From the human T2T-CHM13v2.0 reference genome, Homo sapiens, in the NCBI RefSeq assembly GCF_009914755.1, contig NC_060938.1: 64,000 nucleotides of DNA; one strand, written 5' to 3'. The notes below the pieces were generated by a model that saw nothing but the letters and a program-made list of their open reading frames with translations, was not told the DNA's origin and searched no databases. The position numbers and the translations under genes are program-made. This document shows, in pieces, positions 1 to 29,412 of this stretch (positions are counted from its first letter, which is position 1; every line of letters starts with the position of its first letter).

Positions 1-33
1 ACCAGCCCAGGCAACATAGCAAGACCCTGTCTC

Positions 34-1300
<1,267 letters not shown>

Positions 1301-1669
1301 CACAATTGGCATCTTGACACAGTGCTGTTCTCTGTCTCTGCACACATCTCCTGATTGTCTAAGAAGCATGAGCCCCGTGAGTGTTGACTGCCAGAGTTCA
1401 CGCCCACCTTCTCTCCAGCCAATTGCCTTGGAAGAATAGGTACTGCCTTGTCTGATAAGTCAGCAGCGAATGACAGACTCACAATGTGAAATGCCCATCC
1501 CTTGCTTTGATGTGGGATGAACCCAGATGCAATTTTTGCTCCAAGCTTTCCATGGGACCAGACTGAAGCCACACGGACCCCACCCGAGACCACAGCCGTG
1601 CTTACCCTTTTTCCTTTGCCCTCTCCGATTTTCCTCACTCTCTTCTCCTTAGAAAGCTGATATAGTTTG

Positions 1670-2387
<718 letters not shown>

Positions 2388-2394
2388 TGCACAC

Positions 2395-3950
<1,556 letters not shown>

Positions 3951-4381
3951 AGAAGTAAGTGGGTCTGAATGGGGCAGAAAGGTCAGAGGCTGGCCCCGGA
4001 TGCTGTTGAAATGTCATATCAACACTGTGCTGATTCCCTTCAGGGTTCTTTTAGAGGAGGGAAATAAACATTTGCCTTGTTTTGCATATTTTTTCTTATG
4101 CATGCAGCCAAAACTCGTCAAAGCTGGTATATAGGGGAAGATAAATACCCCCAAGAACAACGTGAGTGTCAGAGAAATCTCCCGCCCAACATCAGAAGAG
4201 ATAGCCTAGCCAGAGCAGCCCAAACACACCATGAGCAAAATGAAAGTAAACAGCTTGGTAGATATGCAAGCATACACAGGGCCACTACAAGGAAGCAAAA
4301 ACGTCAGTGTCATGAAGCACCAAAAAATAAATAAATAAATAAAATAAAATTTAAAAGTCTTCTTTAATCTAGAAAGAAGGT

Positions 4382-5230
<849 letters not shown>

Positions 5231-5282
5231 ACATTTCTGCTAAATGCAATGTGTGATCCTCAGTTGGAGTCTGATTTTTTTA

Positions 5283-8054
<2,772 letters not shown>

Positions 8055-8359
8055 GATGGCAAGTTGCTTTTCTTTCTGTGTTGCGTTGTCTTCCTTTACT
8101 GCATCTCAAGCCTCTTCCAGAATCTCAAGGGTGCTCTGGCATCTGTGGAATCACCTTGTTTTCAGGACGCCTCTCTCCCGCTGCTGTCGTGCCCTGCTCC
8201 AGTCCGAGCCTGCACCCACTGTCTCCCAGGTCTTCCTTCATTGCTGTCTGAGTTGAATCTTCTGTTTCCTGGATCCCATGTGTTCCCCTCTCTGCCATCG
8301 CAAATCACCAAGGAACCTCTCCAGAAAGGGTATGTGGGAGAGAAATTATTCTGAGTCCA

Positions 8360-9130
<771 letters not shown>

Positions 9131-9329
9131 TTAGCTAGGTATAGAATTTCAAGTTTCAGATTATTTTTATTGAGAACATTGAAGGCATTGCTCCAGGGTC
9201 CTCAAGCATCCAATGAGGCTGATAAATTTGATGTGATTGGATTTTCATTCCTTAGTAGGTTAATTTCTCTCTCTCTGAGAGCTTTTAGAATTGTCCTGCT
9301 TTTTACATTTTTCTTTGCTTTCTTTCTCA

Positions 9330-9428
<99 letters not shown>

Positions 9429-9459
9429 TCACCTGAGGTCAGGAAAAAAAGAAAAAAAG

Positions 9460-10031
9460 ACTTGATTACTATGTATATAGTATTTTTTTGTATACCTACA
9501 TACCCATGATAAAGTTTAATTTATAAATTAGGCACAGTAAGAGATTAACAACAATAACTAACAATGAAATAGAACAATTATAATAACCTACTGTAATAAA
9601 AGTTAAGTGAATGTGGTCTATCTCTCTCTCAAAATATCTTATTATACTTTATTCACCCTTCGTATGATCATGTGAGATGATAAAATGCCAGCATCACTAC
9701 TCGTGCCCTTTGGGGCCATTATCAATGAAAACAGGAGTACTTGAACACAAGCACTGTGACACCGTGAGAGCCGATCAGAGATGGCTGCTGAGTGACTAAT
9801 GGGGCAGGTAGCATAGAAAATGTGGATACGCTGGACAAAGGGATGATTCACATCCTAAGCAGGATGGAGCAAGCTAGCAAGAGATTGCATCATGCTCCTC
9901 AGAATGGTGCACAGTTTAAAACTTATTAATTGTTTACTTCTGGAATTTTCCATTTCATATTTTTGGGCCACAGTTGACCATGAGTAACTGCAACCACAGA
10001 AAATAAAGCCTTGGGTAAGGAGGGGCTGCCG
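9460..10031 (-). mobile_element. MER44/Tigger7-family TcMar DNA transposon
   Basis: Matches recalled MER44 consensus (GGATACGCTGGACAAAGGGATGATTCAC, TCTGGAATTTTCCATTT); TIR-like end followed by TA at 10032-10033. Confidence 0.8.
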
Positions 10032-11095
10032 TATCATACTCTGCCCCTATACGGCTCTGCCACCACCCTCTCAGCTAATGATGTCAGAAGTTATACCTTT
10101 ATACATTGGGTGCCAAAAAACATAGACTTATTACTGGCTTTTTACTATTAGTCTTTTAAATCATGTATAAAAGGAAAAGTGGTGTTACAACCCAAAATGA
10201 CAATAATACTAGCTTTTGTAATTGTCCATGTATTTACCTTTATAGAAGATCTTTATTTCTTCATAGGACTTTGAGTTATTGTCTAGTGTTCTTTAGTTTA
10301 TTTTTTTTTAATTTTTGCTTTCTTCCTTCTGCCTATATAATGGCAAATATCCTTTAATTTCAATCTGCAGAAGTCCCTTTAGCATTTTCTGTAAGACAGA
10401 TCTAGTGGTAATAAACTCTTTCTGCTTTTGTTTATCTGGGAATACCTTCATTTCTTCTTTTCTGAGGGCAGTTTTGCCAGGTATAGGATTACTTTTGTTT
10501 TGTTTTGTTTTCTTTTTTAAGAGACAGAGTCTCACTCTGTCAGCCAGGATGGAGTGTAGTGGTGTGACCATAGCTCACTGCATCCTCAAACTCCTTAGCT
10601 CAAGTGATCATCCCTGCCTCAGCCTCCTAAGAAGCTGCAACTACAGTTGTGCAACAACATGCCTGGCTAATTAAAAAAAAATTTTGGGGGGGGATGAGGT
10701 CTTGTTATGTTGCCCAGGCTGGTCTTGAACTCCTGACCTCAAGTGATTCTCCCACCTCAAGCCTCCTAAGTAGCTAGAATTACAGGAAGGAGCTAACTTG
10801 TCCAGCAGGATTCTTGATTGACAGTTTTTTCTTTTATCTCTTCAAATGTACCAACCCATTGCCTTCTTGCTGCCAACGTTTCTGCTGAGAAATCTGCTGT
10901 TAATCTTACTGGAGATCCCTTATATGTAACAATTTGTTTCTCTCTCCCTGCTTTCAAGATTCTCTCTTGGCTCACACCTGTGGCTGGGTGCAGTGGCTCA
11001 CACCTGCAATCCCCATACTTTGGGAGGCCAAGGCAGGAGGATTGCTTGAGTCCAGGAGTTTGGGACCAGCCTGGGCAACATAACAAGATCCTATC

Positions 11096-11240
11096 TCTAT
11101 AAGATTAATTAGTTAGTTAATTAATCTATAAGATTAATTAGTTAATCTATAAGATTAATTAGTTAGTTAATCTATAAGATTAGTTAATCTATAAGATTAG
11201 TTAGTTAATCTATAAGATTAATTAGTTAATTAATTAATTA
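11096..11240. repeat. AT-rich minisatellite, 6 copies of TCTATAAGATT separated by (A/G)TTA spacers
   Basis: Copies start at 11096, 11125, 11146, 11171, 11188 and 11209. Confidence 0.92.
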
Positions 11241-11288
11241 CTTAAAAATTAAAGATTCTCTCTGTTATCTGTGGTTTGGGCAGTTTGA

Positions 11289-11616
<328 letters not shown>

Positions 11617-12108
11617 TAATTTTTGTAGTTTTAGTAGAGACAGGGTCTTACCATGTTGGCCAGGCTGGTCTTGAAGTCCTGACCTCAAGTGATCTGCCCA
11701 CCTCAGCCTACCAAAATGCTGGGATGACAGTTGTGAGCCACTGCACCCAGCCAATAATTTAATTTTCTCTTTCCCTCTCTCTGTTCTATTTCTGGCACCC
11801 TGACAGTGTGCATTCTTCTACTTGATGGTGTCCCACAGGTTTCTTGGACCCTGTTTACTCTTCTTCAGTCCTCTTTCTTTCTGTTCCTCAGACTTAATCA
11901 TTTCAGTTTTCTTATCTTCAAGTTTGTTGATTCCTTCTTCGGCCTGTTCAAATCTGCTTCTGAATCCCTCCATGAATTTTTCATTTCAGTTATTGTACTT
12001 TTCAGCTACAGAATTTCCTCTTGGTTCCTTCTTGTGTTCACTATATTTTTATTGATCTTTCCATTTTGTCCCTAAATAATTTGCTTGGCTTTGTCTGCGT
12101 CCTTCTTT

Positions 12109-12748
12109 TCTCTTTTTGACAGTTAAACGATTTTTTTTTATTCATGATCCTCCTCTTTCTTCTTCTTCCTCATCTTCTTCATATTCTTCTTCCACATTTT
12201 TCCAGGCAACTTTAGCAGGACCCTTTGTGCCATCAAAGTTTCCTTTAGACTTAAAGTCAACAACATCCTTCTCATACTTCTCCTTCAGCTTTGCCGCCTT
12301 TGTGATGTAAGGCTGCTTTTCACTGTCGTTTAAGTTATTCCACATCTCACCCAGCTTTTTGCCACATCTCCAGTAGAGATGCCAGGGTTTGTGGATTTGG
12401 TCTTGGGGAGGAATTCTGAACAGAACAGAAATAATATAGAGGATGGCCTTTTGGGGGCATTAGGAAACTTCTTCTTGCCTCCCTTAGCTGGTCTGTTATC
12501 CTCCATTTCCCGATCATAGCATACTTTATCTGCCTTTGCAATTTCATCAGATTTAGACTTCTCTTTCCCACTGTCTTGCACCTCTCAGAGGACTTCTTGG
12601 AAAATTCTGCAAAATTGACAGGGACCTCTGGGATTTTCTTCTATGTCCTTCTCTGCACATCTGCACAAAGAAGGCATAAGCAGACATTTTGTCCTTTGGT
12701 TTCCTGGGATCACGTTTAGCCATCCTGACTGTATTGTTCACTAGTCTC
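12109..12748 (-). pseudogene. HMGB3 processed pseudogene
   Basis: Intronless; frameshifted fragments [43 protein letters not shown] and [28 protein letters not shown] plus acidic tail match HMGB3; ATG at 12723; TAA at 12140-12138; degenerate 17-bp TSD at 12092-12108 and 12749-12765. Confidence 0.95.
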
Positions 12749-13003
12749 TATCTGCATCTTTCTTTAGCTCTCTGAGCATTATTAGTCAGACAAAATGCTT
12801 TGTCTAGTAAGCATTAAAGACAAAGCCAGCCAGGTGCGGTGGCTCACATCTGTAATCCCAGCACTTTGGGAGGCCAAGGCGGGCAGATCACTTCAGGTCA
12901 GGAGTTCGAGACCAGCCTGGCCAACATGGTGAAACCCCGTCTCTACTAAAAATACAAAAATTAGCCGGACCTTGTTGCAGTTGCCTGTAATCTCAGCTAC
13001 TCA

Positions 13004-13174
<171 letters not shown>

Positions 13175-13473
13175 TTATAATGTCTTTGTCTAGTAAGTTT
13201 GCCATGTGGTTCTTCCTTAGAGATGGTTTCTATATATTTTTTCCCTATGAATGAACCCACTTTCCTGTTTCTTTGTATGCCTGTGATTTTTTTGTTGAAA
13301 ACAGGATTTTGAATGTTACAATATGGTAACTGTGGAAATCAGGTTCTCTCCTTTACCCACGTCTGTCTGTCTGTCTTTTTCTTTCTTTCTTTCTTTCCTT
13401 CCTTCCTTCCTTCTTTCTTTCTTTCCTTCTTTCTTTCTTTCAAGACAGAATCTCACTCTATTGCCCAGGCTAG

Positions 13474-13713
<240 letters not shown>

Positions 13714-14097
13714 TAAGGTGTCTCTGTGCAGGGGATGAACTTGAGGTGTAAACTTGAGATTGTCTCGGGTCTTTTCTGAGGCTTTGTCTTTCCAGGCATG
13801 AATGGTGACTTTCTAAATTCTCCTGTATACGTGGTTGCTTTTGAATGTCCTAGTCCTTAATTGTTTGGCCACTAAAAGGAGAAAAGGGAAAAATTAAGGG
13901 TAAAAAAATAAAAAACAGGCCGGGCGCGGTGGCTTGGGCGTAAGCCTGTAATCCCAGCACTTTGGGAGGCTGAGGCCGGCGGATCATGAGGTCAAGAGAT
14001 CAAGACCATCCTGGCCAACATGGTGAAACCCCGTGTCTACTAAAAATACAAAAATTAGCTGGGCATGGTGGCACGCGCCTGTAGTCCCAGCTACTCA

Positions 14098-14280
<183 letters not shown>

Positions 14281-14411
14281 TTAGCCAGTGGGGTTGTAAC
14301 AATGGCAGTCCCCCCTGTGTCTGAACCTCTGCAATCAGAAGCAGCAGCCAGTGATGAGAATACACATCTCTTCTGGGCACGGTGGCTCACGCCTGTAATC
14401 CCAGCACTTTA

Positions 14412-14700
<289 letters not shown>

Positions 14701-14829
14701 TTATGTGCTAACCCTGGGTGCTGCAAGCTATTCCAAGAATGACTGCATGTAGGGCTGAGGGGCTGGGGAATGCATAGCCACTACCATGAGAGGACACTGA
14801 CCGAAATTAACCAGGATTCACATTCAAGC

Positions 14830-16031
<1,202 letters not shown>

Positions 16032-16279
16032 CAAGCCTTCCCCTGGAAACTGCAGGCCTTCAGATGGACTCCAGAGTTCCAAAATAGTTGCATCAGACAG
16101 ATTCTGCCAGATTGTTGTCTAGATGGGGGCGACAGATTCCTGGCACTTTCTACTGTGTCATCTTCCATGATATCACTGCTATGTAAATAATTCTTACAAC
16201 TCAATAATAAAAAGACAGCTCAATTAAAAATTGGGCTAAGCGTCTATATACACATTTTTCCAAAGAAAATATACAAGTG

Positions 16280-19940
<3,661 letters not shown>

Positions 19941-20010
19941 AAAAACAGAGTCAGGAATGACAGTGTGCTGCTCAGGGCCAGGCCTGAGGAATGGAAGACA
20001 GTGGCACCAT

Positions 20011-20014
20011 CACA

Positions 20015-20047
<33 letters not shown>

Positions 20048-20247
20048 ACACACATGCACACACACACGCGCACGCACACACATGCACACACGCACACACA
20101 TGCACACATGCACACACACGCGCACACACGCGCACACACGCACACACATGCACACACACGCGCGCACACAGACACACACACATGCACACACACATGCACG
20201 CACACACACACGCACACACACACACGCACACACACACACACACACAC
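20011..20247. repeat. Compound (CA)/(CG)/(TG) alternating purine-pyrimidine tract, 237 bp
   Basis: Directly visible; alternation is broken only at CAGAC (about 20171). Confidence 0.97.
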
Positions 20248-21163
20248 TAAGTCCTTTTAACATTTCAACCCTAAAATTGTAATTTTTAAAATAACATGCT
20301 TATAAAAAAAGAATCTCTTCCAAGTAGGTTTCTGTTAAAAACAGGGGGTTCAGGAAGTTTAGAGGTGTTGTTGTTTACGTGTTTTTTTTTTTTGTTTTTT
20401 GTTTTTTGCTTTTTGTTTTTTTTTGCCTTCGGTGTAGATTGGAGGATTTGCTTTAACAGAATATCTTTTTGGCTTTACTGGCTAAAATAGCCAGTTCCTG
20501 CTTATTAATACTCAAACACATCAATTATTCATCTGCACTTGGGTATATTACACACGCCGAATCATCCATCCTCCTGCCCTCTTTGTTAAAGGAGGCTTTG
20601 AGGCCAGCAGCCCCACGGGGAAGGCGTATAGTTGGGACTCAGGGCTGACTCAGAGGGCCAGCCCTGGCCAGCTCATGTCTGAGGTCACATCCGAGGGAGA
20701 GGAGGCAGCAGAGCTGAGTGAACAGAATCTTGTTCTAACAACTTCCCAGGCTCCACACTGCCTTGCCATGCTGAGCTGTCCATGTGAGGTCAGGGATTTG
20801 TCAAGATGAAGGGCTAGACCTTTGAGGGTTTTGCTCTTTCAACTCTGCTCTTGTCCTTGACCTGAAATTATACTAGCGGCAAAAAAAAAAAAAAAAAAAA
20901 AAAAAAATGATGACAGCTGATGTGTGCTGGGGAAAATGATGGACAGTCAGAACCATTGTGATCTTCAGATGAGGAAGCTCAAGTTCAAGGTGGGAAGGAA
21001 GGCTATAGGCAAGGCCGCTTGGCAGCCAAATGCAAAGTCACGGTAGAATCTCCGTCTCCCGGTGACCATCCCCCATCAGCCTCCTGCATGGAACCCATAA
21101 CGAGGGCCAGAACAGTGAAGGGTCTGCTGTTAGCTATGCCCTGGTGCACTGACTCCCAGGTAA

Positions 21164-21505
<342 letters not shown>

Positions 21506-21867
21506 TGATTTTTGTGTTTTTCATCCCCTTGTGTTTTTTTCAATAGTTTCATTCTATACGTTTGCATCTTTAAACAGTATGTTGTTTGGTTTTGCACGCT
21601 TTCATTTCTGAATCACGCTATGTGTATTCTAAGAATTGCTCTGGTTTTTTAAATAATATCTCAAGATTATGATACTGAGATGCATTCACATTGTGTGTAG
21701 CTGTAAAAATTATTCTCTCTGTTATATACTATTTCTTTGTGCTAATATGCCATTTTCTGTATTCGTACGGATAATGGACATTTGAATTGTTTCCAGTGTG
21801 TTTCTATAACAAACTGTAGTGTTACGACTATTCTTATACATGTTCCCGTGCATATGTTTGAGAGTTG

Positions 21868-22909
<1,042 letters not shown>

Positions 22910-23854
22910 GGGAGTTTCTGTTTTTTTCTCTTTTTTTTTTTTTGAGATGGAATCTTACTCCGTCACCCAGGCTGGAGTGCAGTGGCGCCATCTCGGCTCA
23001 CCACAGCCACCGCCTCTGAGGTCCAAGTGATTCTGCCTCAGCCTCTCGAGAAGCTGGGATTACAGGCGTGGGCCACCATGCCCAGCTAATTTTTTTGTAT
23101 TTTTAGTAGGGAAAGTGTTTCACCATGTTGGCCAGGCTGGTCTTGAACTCCTGACCTCAGGTCATCCACGCCTCGGCCTCCCAAAGTGTGAGGTTATAGG
23201 CATGAGCCACTGTGCCCAGCCGAGAGTTTCTTTAGGGCAAATATTTTGGGTGGAATTGCTCAGTTGTAGGGGCCACACAACTTCAACTTTAATTGCTAAT
23301 GTCAGATTGTTGTCCAAAATGTCAATTTTACTGGCTTTTGCCAAAGAACTAAGTTTTGGCTTTGTTGAGTATGTGATCTTTGCACTGTGCTTCACTATTT
23401 TCTGCTCTTACCTTGAACTTACACTCCCAAGCAGGGTCTAAGAGTGCCCACTGAAGCCAGGGGCAGCAGCTCATGCCTGTAATGCCAACACTTTGGGAGG
23501 CTGAGGCTGAGAATTGCTCGAGCCCAGGAGTTTGAGACCAGCCTGGGAAACATAGTGATATCTCATCTCTACAAAAAACAATTTAAAAAAAATTAGCCAG
23601 GTATGATGGCTCATGCCCATAGTGCTAGTTACTTGAAGGTTGAGACAGGAAGATTGCTGGAGCCTAGGAGTTCGAAGCTGCAGTGAGCTATGATCATGCC
23701 ATTGCACTCCAGCCTGGGTAACAGAGTGAGACCCTGTCTCTAAAAGACAATAAAAAGTTCCCATTGTTCCATATTCTCAGCAGCACTTGATATTGTCAGA
23801 CTTTTTCATTTTTGCCAATCTGGTGGCCAGTACATGGTAACTTATTATGGTCTT

Positions 23855-24498
23855 TGCGCTATAGATTGTTTGTGTCCATCCAAATTCATATGTTGAAAAC
23901 TAAACCCCAGCTGGGCACAGTGGCTCAGGCCTATAAACCCAGCACTGGGATGCTCAGATTGGAGGATCACTTGAGCCCAGGAGTTCAAGACCAGCCTGGG
24001 CAACATGGTGGAAACCCGTCTCTACAAAAAATATAAAAAAATTTGCTGGGCATGGTGGTGAGTGCCTGTAGTTCTAGCTGCCTGGGAGGCTGGGGTGGGA
24101 GGATCACCTGAGCCTGGGAGATTGAGGCTGCAGTGATCCATGATAGCCCCACTGTACTCCAGCGACAGGGTGAGACTCTGTCTCAAAAAAAGAAAACTGA
24201 ACCCCAGTGTTTGATGGTATCGAGAGGTGAGGCCTTTGGAAGGTAATGAGGTCAGGAGGGTGGATCCCTCCTAGAAAAGAGCCCCAGAGAGCTCATTCGC
24301 CCCTTCTGCCATGTGAGGACACAGTGAGATGATGGCTATCCATCTGTGAACACAAAGCCAGCCCTCACCAGACACTATGTCTGCCAGGGCCTTGATCTTG
24401 GATTTCCCAGCCTCCAGAACTGTGGAGAATAAATTTTTGCTGTTTTTAAGCCACCCAGTCTACGGTAGTTTGTTATAGCATCCAAAATGGACTGAGAT
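23855..24498 (+). mobile_element. MaLR LTR (MLT1A0-like) with an internal Alu
   Basis: CCAAATTCATATGTTGAAA...GCCATGTGAGGACACAG...CCAGCCTCCAGAACTGTG...TTTGTTATAGCA. Confidence 0.85.
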
Positions 24499-24613
24499 AG
24501 CTTGCATTTGCAATAACAGACGACTTTAAGTATTTGTTCTTATTATTTATCAACCCCCAAGTGCCTGTTGTTGACTTTTGCCTATATTTCTATTGGGTTG
24601 TTGATCTTATTAA

Positions 24614-24763
<150 letters not shown>

Positions 24764-25224
24764 TGAGTAGCTGGGATTACAGGTGCACACCACCACACCT
24801 GGCTAATTTTGTATTTTTAGTAGAGGTGGGGTTTCACCATGTGGGGCAGGCTGGTCTCGAACTCCTGACCTCAGGTGATCTGGCCTCCCAAAGTGCTGGG
24901 ATTACAGGTGTGAGCCACCATGGCCAGCCAATTATAGACATTTCTTATATGGTATGGATTTAAATCCTTATCAGTTATAACTTCTCCCAGTTTGAGGCCT
25001 GCGTTTTTACCCTCTTTATGGTGTTTTTGAAAAACATAAACTGTTAAAAAAGCTTTAACTGTGTATTCCTTTGCAGCTTTTTATTTTGCACTATGTGTAC
25101 TGAGGAACAAAAGAAAAAAATGAAATTTGAGACCAGACGTGGTGGCTCATGCCTGTAATCCCAGCACTTTGGGAGACCGAGGCAGGCAGATCACAAGGTC
25201 AGGAGATCGAGACCATCCTAGCTA

Positions 25225-25501
<277 letters not shown>

Positions 25502-27896
25502 TTAAATTACAGTTCTCCTGTCCTGAAATTATATTATGCATGAGTTCTGCTATGTGTGTCCTGTGACCTGAGAGTGGGCAAGAACTTTCTCTGTTCACAG
25601 CTATGTCCTCAATGCTTCAAACATAGCTTTGCCCAAAGTAGGTGCTCAATAAACACTGTGGATGGAAGGAACAAAGGAAGGAGAGAGGAGTAGCGGGGCA
25701 GCCACCGAAGGCTGATGTGGCTTTTCATGACTCCACCCAGTGAGGCCCAACTGGCTCCAAGGGTAGGGCAGCAGCCTAAGGAATGGAGGAAATGGTCTTT
25801 CCTCAAGCAGAGCTTAGACTTTATTGTCTTGGAAAAACCTGTTTGTATTTGGGAGATGTGCTTACTTTAATAGGTCAACCCTGCAATAATGGGCAGGTCT
25901 GAGGCTCCAGGAGTGCTGGGGTAGTCTATTCACCCCCTTATTCTTTCTCTCTATCCTTTTTTACCCACCTGCCTTGCAGCCAGTGGGTGTCAGAGCCAGC
26001 AGCAGACTGGAGTCTAAGGGCACTGCTTTCTGTCCGTGAGCTTGAGAAGGCTTCTTGCCCTTCTGAATCTCCAAGTCCTTGCCTGCAAAGCACAGGCAAT
26101 GATAAAAACACTAACGCCTTATCTGGTGTTGCAGGATCCCTTACCAAGGGCTTCTACGTCTCCTATCGTGAGCTCAGTACTCAGTGAGGTAGGCAAAACT
26201 GGAGGAGGAAACCGGGGAGGAGGAGTGAGTCTCTAACTCCCCACGCTGTGTGGCCTAATAAGCCTTGATCTGTGTTCTACAGACTCTGAGCTCTGTGCTC
26301 CTCTCTGGGGAACAGGTGGAAAGGGCAGCCCTCCAGGAGGTGGTGAGTCCTCTGAGCTTTGGAAGGGTGGACTCTGCACCTGCTGCGCTGGTGCTCTCTG
26401 GGAATTTTCTCCACGGACCTCCAGAGCAACTGTGAGTGGTAGCTGTTACCATTCCCATTTGACTGGTTCAGAAACCTTGCCCGAGGGACATGAAGTCACT
26501 TGCCCAAGGTCCCCCAGCATTCAGCGTCATAGTCAGAGTTCAAACTCCAAAGCCCTTGCCTCTGCCTCACCACTGTGGTCTCCCTAGACCTTTAGATATA
26601 GTTCCAGACAGTGGGTTTTCCCAGCTCAGAGCAGAGTGGGTCATGGGACAGGGCAGGCTCCAGAGGGCTACGCTACCAGAATCTGGTAATGACAACTGTG
26701 TATGTGTGCGTGAGAGGCGGCTGACCGATCTAGATGGGGACTGACCGATCTAGAACTAGATGGGGATCAATCATCTTCAGCAGATCCGAGAGCTGGAGAA
26801 TTACTGCAGGGGCAAATGGCTCTTTCTCTCCTGCATCCCCCAGGGCCATCTCTACACTGCGGTGAAGCATGGGACGTGGTAAAAGGACACCTTTGAGCTG
26901 TGGGAAAAGCTGACACGATTTTTCAGAATAGTGTGTTTAGGAAGGAGGGGGCGCCCATGTTCTTCCCGAGAGGCGTTCCATCCAGAGCTATCTGGAAAGG
27001 CTGGGGTACTGGAAGCCAGAAGGTGGAGAATCACTGATGCAGCTCTACTGAGTTTTCAGCTGGGCCCCACCCACACTGACCTAAGCACAGGAGGTTCGAG
27101 GGCTCTCCACTGACCAGGAATGAAAGGATCAATTGCAGAGTTTCGGCCTTGGAGCCCAGTCCTGGCTCTCCCTTTGCTTGCTCCTGACGTTGGAAGAGTT
27201 ACAGCCCCTCCTGAGTCTCAGTCAGTCGCCTCTCACGTGCCCATTGACGTCTCACAGGCTGTTGGAGAGTTAGGGGGTCCTAGCATAGGTGTCTTGTGCC
27301 AGGTACACAGCTGGAGCTCAATAAATGTACTGTGACCTCAGGCAGGAAAAGCCAAGGAGGGGCGGGCCACCCTGGGGGCTGGTCTGCAGAGTCTTCAGGG
27401 AAGAAGCCAGGACAAGGACAAGGACCCTGGATGAGGACAGGATGAGAGGATGGCTGCATAACAGCAGGGAGGCTTTGGGCAGGCAGGGGAGCCTTTCCAG
27501 GTGAGTGAATGGCAGGAACACAATCTTGGAAGTGAGAATTCCTGGGGTGCCTTCTGGGCCTTGAAGCAGGGCTCACAGAGGGCAACAGGACCCCGCTGGA
27601 GTGAAGAAGGGGACTGGAGGGTAAATTAAAAGAATAGCAGCTTGTCTGCCCTCATCCCCGGTGTGGGGGGAGCAGCCTGGCATGGAGTCCAAATGGACCT
27701 CATATTTCCCAAAGACTCAAAGCATCTGGGGCCTACCTGGAATGTCCCAGGAACACCTACTGCCCGGCCCCTCCTCTTTCCCCTCACCAAGCATGATGAC
27801 TGCAATGTCTCATAATTATCACACTCTGCTTTTCTCCATCTCTGTGGCTTTACATATTCTCAGTGTTCAGCTCTTGGTCTGCAACATATCTGCGTA

Positions 27897-27900
<4 letters not shown>

Positions 27901-27934
<34 letters not shown>
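27901..27934. repeat. (CA)17 microsatellite
   Basis: Directly visible. Confidence 0.97.
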
Positions 27935-27937
<3 letters not shown>

Positions 27938-28553
27938 AGGAATGGCTCCCGGGTCCCAGTAGTTCCCACTCTCTGGTAGAGGAGTTGTGTTTGTGAGGGC
28001 TGTGATGGGGTGACAAGCCTGCAGCAGCCTTTCCATGTTCGTCCAAACTAGATGTGGTGCAGAGAGCACAGGCCTGTGGATCAGCAGATGTGACACTTAG
28101 CATGATGGTACTGGTTAGGATCAAGCTAGGCAGTAACACACAACCCAACTGTAGTGGGTGCAACAAGCAGGTGCTTATTTTTTTGCAGAAGAAATCAGGA
28201 GGATGGCAATCTCACTGCTAGTGCAGGTGCTTGAAGCTGCCATCGGGGACCCAGATACTTTCTGGTGATAGTGTATATGGGGGGCATCTGCTGGAGCTTG
28301 GGAGATTTGGGCCCCCATTCTGGCTCTGTTGCTAACTAGTTGTGCAGCTTCAGACAAAGCTTCTGAAGCTTTGACTTCATTTCTTTATTTGTTTTTAAAA
28401 TTGCAGGCTGAGTATAGTGGCTCCTGCCTGTAATCCCAGCACTTTGGGAGGCTAAGGTGGGAGCATTGCATGAGGCCAGGAGTTCGAGACCAGCCTGGGC
28501 AAAATGGCAAACCCTCATCTGTACAAAAAAAAAAAAATACAAAAAATTAGCTA

Positions 28554-29412
<859 letters not shown>

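Noticed and set aside
11096-11240. CRISPR-like repeat-spacer array
   Set aside because: Spacers are short, self-similar TTAG/TTAA units in an Alu tail; human DNA with no cas genes.
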